Source: Octopus vulgaris (Eukaryota). Taken from it: a stretch of 64,000 bases of DNA. The stretch's first letter is position 1, and the number at the start of each line of letters is the position of its first letter. Under the pieces are notes generated by a model. The model did not search any database, was not told the origin of the DNA, and worked only from the letters and a program-made list of their open reading frames with translations. Below, in pieces: positions 52,830 to 64,000 of the stretch. Position numbers and translations under genes: made by a program. The stretch is from contig OX597820.1 in the NCBI GenBank assembly GCA_951406725.2, positions 69,068,001 through 69,132,000 on the forward strand, read 5' to 3'.

Positions 52830-53990
52830 ACATTTAAATCTTGTGTATATTAACTGATATTAAACGGTTACTGGACGGGGTCCCTTTTGTTGCTTCCACC
52901 AATAACGGAGCTGAACGGTATATATTAAAGAAAGAGAGAGAAATAGGTATTGGGTGAGTAAATATAGCAAAAACGTTAGAACGGATCCCGAGGATATCAT
53001 ACGATTTTTTTAATATATAGATAAAACATATAAATAAAGCAAGGAAATTAAATAATATCCTGCCAACGAATAATTTCCTCATCATACTCTCCCACTCTTC
53101 ATAGTGAATAGTTGTAAAGACGTGAGTCATACTGGTAGCAACTGGACAAATTAGGCCTAACCATTCAGAAATAGTATTTGACAAAAATAAAATGCTTGTT
53201 TCTGGTTAAAGGCTTTCATAGTCCATATAAGTGACACCGAGTCACTCCTTGTCAGAATAGATTGATATACAAGGAAGATGTTAGACAATGGAAAAAGACA
53301 GTGATGGGGACATAAGCCGAAATAGACAGTTGAATAGATAGTCAAATAGGTGAAGAAATAGAATGTGAAATAGACAGTTAGAGAGACAAGAAGACAGAGC
53401 GAGAAAATAGACAGTGATCTAGTATGAATGAACATACTTAGACGAAACGTTGTAATTAGTGAAATCAAAATGGCTTCTTTTCATTTGCTGTTATAAAGCT
53501 ACAATTTGGTTGAGAAAATTCAAAATCGAGCAAAAATTCTAATTCTTTTTGTCAAATTACTGGTAACTATTTTGTACACCTATTCTTTTAGCGTTCCCCA
53601 AGAAACACAAAATAATTCAGGACAGGTTTACAATATATGTATTGTAAAGAAGTAAAAATATATACCATTGATAAACAGATCCTTTTTTTACGATTCTATT
53701 CCCGTCTAGGTACCTGGTTAGGGTACTAGTGATGAGTAAAGCATTTTGTAAAAACACGTTTTTTTTTTAAATGACAATACTTAAAAATTAATAATAGTGT
53801 TAAAAACCTATTTACATTGTTTCAATAATCCTTGTTCGTATATCAGAAAATCCAGAATAACTTATTTTAAATGATTCAAATAAATCGTGTGTATTTTGTA
53901 AAGACAAATCTTATTTAAACAACAAAAGGACAAAAATGCAATGTTCAGAGTGACATCTTGTAATACAATCAGCAGGATGCCATGGTAGAC
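52830..53990 (-). mobile_element. Decayed Penelope-like element in the opposite orientation (linker, GIY-YIG and pyrimidine-rich 3' region)
   Basis: Minus strand DVTLNIAFLS, FKISYS (KISYS at 53868-53854), SVYQW, CVSWGTLKE*VYK (CVSWGTLKE at 53609-53583); the 3' region resembles those behind the other PLE remnants. Confidence 0.6.
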
Positions 53991-54873
53991 TGAGAACCAC
54001 TCCCCTATAGGAATCGTTAATCGGCTACAATACTACACCGGTACGTACTGACCATTGGAAAATAAAAAGCAAAGTTGACCTCGGTGAGGTTTGAACTTGA
54101 GATGACGAGGTTCGCAGCAAAAGACACCTAGGCTGTTAGAACTACAAATTGGTGAAGCAGTGAACTGTATTTACACGTTTACTATTATTGGTTTTAATAC
54201 TTGGATTGCGGCCATGCTGAGGGCGAGATCTCTTTAAGAAATTTGTCCGATGATACCCACACAAGTACTTATTTCAGGCAGATATATATTTGATTGATCT
54301 CTAATTTGACATTTGACGTAAAGGGAAGCAACTCAACACACGATTTTATACCGATATACACAAAAAACACAGACACAAACACGTGCTCCAACAGAATCAG
54401 ATAAAAAAATTACATTCAGGGGCGAAGTTATCAAACGAATATTATTATCTAAAATGTTAGGTACCAAATTGATCATAGTACGGTGATTCCATTTTATGTA
54501 TGCGTACATACATACATATAGTATGCATGTATGTATATACATATGTGTGTGTTTAAAAATCATTCAAAGCAAGAGCACCTAAACCAACTTACCGGAATTG
54601 GAAACATTATGAAGGACTATAACGCATAATTAATGCCCGGTATAGTTTATACACACGCGCGTGCTAGCGATTGGAAACAGCACATGGCTAGAGGCGCAAA
54701 CAGTAGATATGTATATACATACATATATACATACACACACACACATATATATATATATATACACTCACGCACACACACATATATATATACATATGTACAT
54801 ATGTGTGTTTATATGTATATATATATATGTACACATATGTTTATGTATATATATATATGTATATATATATATG

Positions 54874-54920
<47 letters not shown>

Positions 54921-55324
54921 GCATATATATATATATATTTATATATATATGTGTATATATATACATATATATACATATGCATATATATACATATACATAT
55001 ATACATATATACATACATATATATAAATATATACCTATGTATATATATGTATATATACACATTCATATGTATGTGTATATATATGTATATATATATCACA
55101 TTAGCAGTGTATATTGTTATAATGTATACATTCATATACTTAAGTGCATATTTGATACAAACACATATGTATATACATACACAAATATCATATCTACCTA
55201 CTTATCTATCTATCTATTTATCTATTTATATGCATACATACATTAATATAGTCACATGTAGATATCTACACACACACACACAGAAAAACACACATACACA
55301 TACATATATATATATATTTATACG

Positions 55325-55427
55325 CTTTTACTCTTTTACTTGTTTCAGTCGTTTGACCCCGGGACTTATTCTTTGTAAGCCCAGTACTTATTCTATCGGT
55401 CTCTTTTGCCGAACCGCTAAGTGACGG
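55325..55427 (-). mobile_element. Family A SINE 3' fragment with internal deletion
   Basis: CTTTTACTTGTTTCAGTCGTTTGAC|CCCGGGACTTATTCTTTGTAAGCCCAGTACTTATTCTATCGGTCTCTTTTGCCGAACCGCTAAG. Confidence 0.9.
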
Positions 55428-56380
55428 TTATATATATATGTATATATATGCATACATATATATATATAATATGCATACATGTATATGTATATACATATAT
55501 ATATAACGACACACACAGCATACATACATACGTGAGTGTGTGTGTGTGTCTGTGAGCGCGTCTATATATATAAGCACTCACAGAGAAGATACTTGCATAC
55601 ATATGTCCGTTCATATACCAATGCATACCTTTACACTTGCATTCATACACATATATATACATACGTGTGAGTGAGCATCCATACATTATCTCATGAAACT
55701 GTATACTAGTTTCTATCAAAATTTTTTTCAGAGTACCGTACACAGTTATCTCCCTTCGACTAATGCTACCTGTCACATGACCACAACTGCTTTCCGTGCA
55801 CCTATCACGACTACTTTACCTTACATAGCAAACATCAAAGTAATTCACGCTAGCTAAACAATCAGGTTTCTGTATATATTTCTTCTCTTCCATGGGTCAC
55901 TATATTTGCTATTGCTTTGAAATATGTTTATTATACATTAATACAGAGAATAATTTCGCTCCATACAGAGTCAGAGAAACACAGGTAATGGGGCGTGCCT
56001 GTACGTGTATTTCTGTATCCGCACGTATGTTGTGTTTCGTTTATCGATGTATTTCTTCATTTATGTAGGAACCGTTTATTGCTAATTAAAAAATAGATTA
56101 AAATGTTAACAGACATGTATATGACATATTCTAAATATGAAATCTGGTGTTTAGAAATGTGCAGGAATGGATCGTAGGTGTTATAAACATTACGACCTAT
56201 GAATAGATATTGTTATGAATGCAACTAGTATAGTGGTTTTGCCTGTAGGTTTTGTATGTCTGTTTGTGCGCGAGCGAGCTTATACTTATGCGTGAGTGTG
56301 TATGCATGTCTGATTACACATATTTCGTACAGATACGGACACTCACACAATATATAGACAGACAGAAAGACAGACAGACA

Positions 56381-56425
<45 letters not shown>

Positions 56426-57097
56426 CAGATAGAAAGATAGATATATATAAGAAAGAGACTGACATATATATATATATATATATATATATAGTAGGTTTTA
56501 AAATAGAAAGTTGTCTAATACCGCATCGTTGCTTCATAATGACACATCGACTGTGCGCGTGCATGTTTGCGTGAGTGCGTGTAGTATGCCTGCATGTACG
56601 TGTGCAAGCTCGTGTACTCTCGCGCGTCAGTGTGTGCGTGCGCGTGTGTCTGCAATTGCGTTTTTCTGAGCGCATATGATTGTGCATGTGTGCTTAAAAG
56701 ATCGGTTGAACTTTATCTGTGGTGTCGTAATCTGTCTGTCTGCTAGGCCGGTAAATGTTAATGCCGAGGTGTGATAAGTGGGGTAGACTTTCACAAGTCC
56801 CCAAACGTTTTTGGTAAATAGCGGTGGGTGGCGGGTTGGCTTATGCATTTAAGCAGTCCACAGAAAGTCTGGATAGGAGAAAAAAACAAACAAAAAAAAA
56901 GAACGCAGACGAGGAATAGAGAGACTGGCAGAGGGAAGAAAAAAATTCAAGGTGTTAAAAATGGGCCATACCAAGAAAGCTGTCTCGTATGCACACACAA
57001 TTCTTCATATACTCCTTATTAAGCAATTTTTTTTTTAGATTATTGCTGCTGTTTCTGTTTCGATTATTATTAAAAATGTTTTTGAAAATCTATATTA

Positions 57098-57164
<67 letters not shown>

Positions 57165-57249
57165 CATAGAAGTCAGTTTCTTATTGCAACTGGCAAAACA
57201 GTGCAACGGAGAAACGAAAGAAAAAACAAAATCTAAACACACAATATTA

Positions 57250-57309
<60 letters not shown>

Positions 57310-57888
57310 GGAAAGGAAAAACGAATTCATAAATATATTAAGTTTGGCTGTTTTTTTATATAAATTTCCCATCTGTTTAATAATGTGTATTTCATACATT
57401 TGTGTGTGTGTGTGTGTGTGTATTTTTGTGTGCTATGTGCATGATTTCTTGTATTCGTTAGCTTCTTTAAATATTTATGTGTTCTTATGACACACTCAAC
57501 ACACACGCAACACACACAAACACACATATAATGTATATACGCATACGTGTACATGCATATGTGTGAGAGTGAATGTGTCTGTATATGTATATATCTATGT
57601 GATTCATACATCATCTATACGTGCAAGTGCATCTATGTGAAACAAAATGGCATCAGAAAACGTGTTAAAGTTGTTTAAATATCTGAAAATAAAAATAACT
57701 AAATAAAATAGTTGAATTCGCAAATTCTTTTAAAGATAAAACAAAAAAAATATTTATTTACTCCATATGTTTGGTAATTTTTTATATAGATAATAATAAG
57801 GAGCTACTAGTTTCTTCAAATTTAATGCTTACTCCTACTTAATATATTATTCCTATTGTTTCGGCTATTTGAAATTACACCTCAGTCA

Positions 57889-57962
<74 letters not shown>

Positions 57963-57966
<4 letters not shown>

Positions 57967-58888
57967 TAATTTGCATAGAAGGAAACGAAAGGCCTATGTT
58001 ATTCAGAAATAAAAGTATTTTTTAAAATTCCCGAAACTGTCAACTAGATAATGGCTGGGGGATGAGAGTTTATTCAAGTAGCTGCCTTCAGTTGCCTCAA
58101 GATGTCTTCGAAGTCTAGTGCATGCGTTTCACATAGTGTCTCCGCGAGTAATTTCGAAAAGCTCATTGATTTTGGCCACCAGCTCAACTATGGTGTTGCA
58201 GGAAGAGCGATTGGTGTCTTTTCAAACTCCGATCTACATATATTATTCCGTAAGATTGCAATCGGTGGAATTTCGAAGCCAGAAATTGGGGATGATGAAG
58301 TCTTAGAAATTCTCCAACAACCACTTCTGGCGATATGCAAAGGAGACGTATCCTGCTTCCACATGTATGGCCTGCCAGCAGCGGCTTTCTACAGGTTGGG
58401 TGTGACCACAGCCTCCAGCAGCTTCACATACCCATAGGAAATCAATCTAAGGCCCTGTTCATAAGTTGTTCGCCAAATTCCAGTGTGCGGACGCTGTCAG
58501 AATGTCTGCTGTATCCCTTCCTGCAGAACCCGACTTCGAAGTCTTCGTTGCAGCCGTTCATGCCATATACTGTTGTAAAGGATAAGGAATAAAAGTTATG
58601 CTCTCTTGTAAAATTTCGTGGCCTATCAGATGTGAAAGTCTCTTCAAAAATTGGGGAAAAGAACACCTATGTGGAACTGGTGAGAAACGAACAAGTCTTA
58701 TATCGAAGCTATAGTTTTCCATTTGCTTCTAAGATCATAGGTGTTCTGGGCTACGTAACAACTGATCTAGAAATGCTTGAGTTTTCCACAAAAGTACTGA
58801 GTAGACTGATTCGCACTCTCCCTATGCAATCTATGAAAAAGTCAGAAAATTGTTAAACATTTCAGAGATTTTCTATTCGAATTGTCTC
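57963..58888 (-). mobile_element. Internally deleted maT (DD37D-type, Tc1/mariner superfamily) DNA transposon with degenerate TIRs
   Basis: Minus strand: EQGLRL..GYVKLLEAVV.P.L*KAAAGRPYMWKQDTSPLH / QKWLLENF*DF..PNFWLRNSTDCN...KDTNRSSCNT..ELVAKI...NACTRLRRHLEA.EGSY; N-terminal RK.YSR.SDSVRT.EF in ORF 58442-58666; TIRs GAGATAATTTGCATAGAA (57963-57980) and TTCTATTCGAATTGTCTC (58871-58888), 15/18 complementary. Confidence 0.85.
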
Positions 58889-58919
58889 TGTGGATATATG
58901 CACTCAGTCATGTATATAT

Positions 58920-59380
58920 ACAAAATGCATATAAACAATTGCATAATGTACAATACTGTCCTTATGTAATACGAACATCCTCGAACAACACACGCTCCAA
59001 ATTATATATGAAGCTATCCAGATAACCACAAACCTAGGAGCAGTCTTGAAATAAAGAACCTTGTTAGTGATTGGCTGTAATATTGCAAAGATTTCAAATA
59101 AATCCAGAAAAAACAAACCATGACTTATCATCTTAGCCTATGCTTTTTGCTGCTTTTCATCTTCCCTTACTTATATTTCTACTCTTCAAACTTGTATTTT
59201 TTTAATATCAAACCCATTTTTCTAAACTGTTTCTCATCCTCAATCTGCGTTTTGCGTTGTTGTCCACATGATATCTCTCTCCTTTCTCTCCCTTGTATAT
59301 TATTTTACACTTCTTCATCATCATACGTTGTCAGAGAATTCAACAGCGATAACATTCTTTTGCTATGGAAGCGTAGAAAT
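58920..59380 (+). mobile_element. Possible further Penelope-like element 3' remnant
   Basis: TILSLC...IYEAIQI....VLK*R loosely resembles the GIY-YIG C-terminus; followed by a pyrimidine-rich tract. Confidence 0.3.
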
Positions 59381-59441
59381 GGTTGTCATCGAAGAGAGAG
59401 GACAATGTGAATGAAATTACATGATTAAGAACAGGGAAAGA

Positions 59442-59491
<50 letters not shown>

Positions 59492-59609
59492 ATTGAAGGA
59501 GAAGGAAGTATCAATCTTGTTGCTTGACTGCTTCGGCCCGGTTGGACGAAAAGCAAAGTCGGCCTCATAGGCATATGTCCTCAGAACGTAAAGGCCCTAC
59601 AATTATTAT

Positions 59610-59646
<37 letters not shown>

Positions 59647-59825
59647 CATGCCTGTATAAAAATACTTATACACGCGTGTATATATATATATATATATACA
59701 CACACATACACATACATATACATGCCTGTATAAAAATACTTATACACTCGTATATATATATATATATATACACACACACATACACATGCATAGATATATA
59801 CATATGTACTTAGATATAGGCATAT

Positions 59826-59864
<39 letters not shown>

Positions 59865-60338
59865 ACACTCATATATTTCTGCCTGCATGAACTTATGTAC
59901 ATGTGCACGTATGCAAACACGCATATACACACAATTCTGTGTTTCACTTTCATAAACCTACATTCGTTGCTCCCATGCACACCTACTGACATATATTTCA
60001 TACACATACACCACAGACTGTGTAATATACGGATTATTTCACCTTATTTATTGACTGATTGTCCGGCTGATTGATTGGTGTTGTTGTTGTTTAATTAAGC
60101 AGTCATGTTTGTGCAAGCCTGTAGGCTGCTAGCGACTACCAATTATTAACAGACTAAAATTACGCCATTACTATAAAACAGGCTTCATTCACACACAAAC
60201 ACATACGTTATAAATACATATTACACATACCTACATATACATACAAATATGCGAACATCGGTATGCATGTGTGTGTGTGTGTGTTTGTCTCTATATATAC
60301 ATATGTATACATACGTATGGAAACATAGACGTAACCAA

Positions 60339-60375
<37 letters not shown>

Positions 60376-60895
60376 AGCAAACAGGTACATAATGTACCCT
60401 GAATTTTTATTATATATATATACATATGTATATATTCTTATATATGTACACAAGCACATATGATTGCATTCATGCATGTTCATACATTATCAATACATAT
60501 ACGTATCTATATACATGCATGAATATATAGATATGTATACTCACACGTATATATATACGTATATGTATACGTATATATTGGTTTATACACTGACATAAAC
60601 ATGCAGAAGAGGTATGCTATATGTGTTTAAATTTGGGAGGTTTTGCATTTTATATCAAAGATATTAATAGATATTAAATGTCCAGATAGGATAGTGGAAA
60701 AATCGCCTCGAACAGACCACCTGAAGTTGTCTCTAGTAGTTTAACTTGCCAGAAATATTATTGTAAGCTACACACAAATCGCTCCGTTTCATCTCAGAGT
60801 ACAGTTGTTCCAGGGGAAATTACTGGTATTTTGCATCCCCAAAAAGCAATGCAGAAAAGTAATACACTGTATCTTATACAGTGAGAAAAATATTA

Positions 60896-61119
60896 TTTTA
60901 CTCTTTTTACTCTTTTACTCGCTTCAGTCATTTGACTGTGGCCATGCTGGAACACCGCCTTTATTCGAGCAAACCTACCCCAGGACTTATTCTTTGTAAG
61001 CCTAGTACTTATTCAATCAGTCTCTTTTGCCGAACCGCTAGGTTATGCGGACGTAAGCACATCAGCATCGGTTGTCAATAGATGCTGGGGGGACAAACAC
61101 AGACACACAAACATATACA

Positions 61120-61169
<50 letters not shown>

Positions 61170-61170
61170 T

Positions 61171-61205
<35 letters not shown>

Positions 61206-61286
61206 CATATACATGTTTCTTTCAGTTTCCGTCTACCAAATCCACTCACAAGGCTTTGGTCAGCCGGAGGCTATAGTAGAAAGACA
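60896..61286 (-). mobile_element. Family A SINE, headless, with ~118-nt internal (CA)n(TA)n
   Basis: Colinear with 50394-50720. Confidence 0.9.
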
Positions 61287-62309
61287 GGTTTATCTTTCTT
61301 GCAAAAAAAGGTTTTTTTAGGGAGAAATGCAAAATGATAATTCTTAATATTTCGACTTCCCTTTTACTAAATAGAAAATGTTCAATGAGTGAATTAAGAA
61401 ACTTCCAATTGTCAGTTAGGCATGCTGGAAAAAGGAGACATATTTCCCTCAAATCACACACCACCGTCTTAAAATAGTAAAAGACATGAGATAATACCGT
61501 TATACATATCTCCAAACGTACGGTATGTTGACTGATGATATGCCGTTAATGATAGGTGCATTGATTTGGATTGACCGGAGGACAAATAAATAAATATATT
61601 ATTCACTAGAGGATAAATAAATGCCAAGAAAACTCATATAATGTATGTTGTTGCAGTTTAGCCCCTTTCAACAATGTAAGCCTGAACGAATTCCACATGC
61701 ATGAAACTTCAGGCAGTTCTATATGTGTTTGTGTGTCTGTGTGTGTGTGTGAGTGTGTGTGTGTGTGTAAATGTGCGTAAAAATAGATAGATAAACCTAT
61801 AAACACAGATGTTTGAGTGCGTGTGAGCGAATGTTTGTCATTTATGTTCTATATGCTTCGTGGAAGTTGCTACCAGTAACCGTAATATTTCATTTGAACA
61901 AAGAAAACAGCCTAGAATATTAATTAATAAATAAATTAATTAATTAAATGGTTTTCATTACACTAATTAAACTGTCCTTTCTTCTTCCAGCTCCTCTCAC
62001 CTTTTCAAGCATTCACCTTCTCTCACACTTTTAATGAAGTTAACTTAACAATTATAATTAGCGTTTGGGTATAACTAGTAACATATACGATCAAGTCATA
62101 TGGATATCATTAATGTAGAATGACCAGTTATGAAGTAGGTCGCATTATATCAATATGTAATTGTAAATCTCTGGGTAATTTAACGGTCTTCGTAGCTGAA
62201 ATTAATTATTTGAAACGGCTTACTTGTTAAATTTATTTACACATTAGACAGTTTAGTCTCATATTATCAACATCACGGCATCACAGTAAACACTTTGAAC
62301 TCAAAAAGA

Positions 62310-62362
<53 letters not shown>

Positions 62363-62459
62363 CACACACAGATATACATCGCCATGTCGATAATATTAAT
62401 TGCTCGGTTGTGAGCAACTGAAGAAAACCGTCATTGAGAATTGTCATCTTGTTTATTAT

Positions 62460-62548
<89 letters not shown>

Positions 62549-62550
<2 letters not shown>

Positions 62551-62881
62551 CGTTTTGGAATTTGGTTTGCAAGATTCTTTATGTGAGTTGGTGTGTTGAA
62601 TCATATTCTGTTGTCTCTGAGGATAGTCATTCTCTTTTAGTGCCTTACAATTTAACACACTCACTGGTAAATTGTCACTCATTTACTTGATTATTTTTCT
62701 AAAATTTTCGTTGCATCTTGCAACCTTTTCAGTAGTTATTAACATTCAAAAACTATTGAAAATGTTGCAAGACGCAACGAAAATTTTAGAAAAATAAATA
62801 CTAAGTAAATGAGTTGAAATTTTACCGTTGAGTGTGTTAGAATATAAGGTACTAAAAGAGAATGACTCTCCCCAGACACAA
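62549..62881. repeat. Long inverted repeat / fold-back element (arms 62611-62737 and 62751-62881, 13-nt spacer)
   Basis: For example AGTCATTCTCTTTTAGT / ACTAAAAGAGAATGACT and TTATTTTTCTAAAATTTTCGTTGC / GCAACGAAAATTTTAGAAAAATAA. Confidence 0.92.
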
Positions 62882-63231
62882 TAGATAGATATAGATATTA
62901 TTTAATGAATGACAGAAATACCGGAGTTACATAATCACCTACATTAGCTCTCAACTGTTTGTGGTATATGCAATGTAGAGATAATAGCTTGTGCAAAATT
63001 CTGTAGCTTCTTCGAAGCAATGCCAAAGTGAAAACAGTGTATATATATATATATATATATGCCAATGAATTCCAGCTATATCCCCTATCCTGCGTAGAAT
63101 ATGCTTGCTGCTGAGGTTTAACTCGGATGAAACATGCTCATTTCTTTCATCAGTTGACTTTAAAGCCTCAACTCCACACCAATCTGCATTATCCATCTTG
63201 TCGAAAAATTTATTAGTGTTTTATATACATA

Positions 63232-63302
<71 letters not shown>

Positions 63303-63339
63303 TTACCCTTGCTCAAGGCTGACCAACAGCAATAACACA

Positions 63340-63852
63340 GGCCACCAGGGGAGCTACTACTTGGTCACTCGTTCCACTAGAAATATCAGCTAAATCTAAA
63401 AAAAAATCACATCACCTGCGTCTAGAAACCGAAATTCTGAGATAATTGGGCAACTGGGGGTACATGACTCAGCTCTGCACGGGGTGAGTGATTCTCTGTC
63501 GCAGCGTTAAACCCTGCGTGGCACTGCTTTAAATTTCTATTCGAATGACTGGCGAAAAATGAAGCGAAGTGCCACACTCAAGGATATAATGCGCCGTTCA
63601 TAGATAAGAAACTCAAGACTTTACGATCGTGACTATGAAAATTCTAACCACAAGGCTACGGGCCTTCAATCACAAGATCCTTACAATCTTGAAATAGGAC
63701 ACGTTGGATAATTTAGTTCTAAGTTTTCTGCACATAGGATCAAGTTGGTTAATATTATTGGAAGGCCTTTAGTGAGGACGGTAAAAAAATAAGGGTGGGC
63801 TTACCTGCTGTAACAGCAATCAGGGCTTACCTGGTGTAACAACAATAACAAA
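63340..63852. mobile_element. Family E repeat (+) interrupted by a diverged family D SINE (-, ~63440-63668)
   Basis: CTAGAAATATCAGCTAAATCT..ATCACA on the left; GAAGCGAAGTGCCACACTCAAGGA..TTTACGATCGTGA..CTAACCAC..GCCTTC in the middle; GGACACGTTGGATAATTTAGTTCTA..(AAC)n on the right. Confidence 0.6.
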
Positions 63853-64000
63853 TTGTGAATATTTAAATACTTTTACTTTTCAAATACATCACATTATATT
63901 TTCATAAAATAAATATCCACATGCTTATATTTTAATTATTTCTTCTATATGTATCAGACCACACATTGACTTAGTTTCTTATCTTTATTGTTTCCTAGTC

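Overview
AT-rich, microsatellite-saturated eukaryotic non-coding DNA (intergenic or inside a very long intron). The repeat families look like those of octopus/coleoid cephalopod genomes; that taxon call is from recognition, not a search. I find no credible intact protein-coding gene: almost every ORF in the track is a translation of (TA)n, (CA)n, (TAGA)n, (GA)n or trinucleotide runs. The window is a palimpsest of mobile elements. (1) At least four tRNA-headed SINE families (called A-D here) plus an older dispersed repeat (E); copies are nested, tandem-arrayed and internally deleted. (2) Three clear, and two or more weaker, decayed Penelope-like retroelements with Naiad-type motifs (DKHF...KIFNR...KVSYS linker; GIY-YIG domain ending RSEIFxxCRHxDK). 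(3) Several minimal hammerhead-ribozyme-like motifs typical of Penelope-like element terminal repeats, including a convergent pair at 22.4-22.7 kb. (4) A Dong/R4-clade LINE fragment, an internally deleted maT (DD37D-type) transposon with TIRs, a mariner fragment and small MITEs. (5) A ~270-bp fold-back element. The best leads are the hammerhead pair, a stop codon at a conserved Cys of a Naiad-like endonuclease (possible former Sec codon), a head-to-tail SINE array in (ATT)n tracts, and a candidate recursive splice site/microexon at 45.8 kb. I cannot demonstrate a new biological system from sequence alone.
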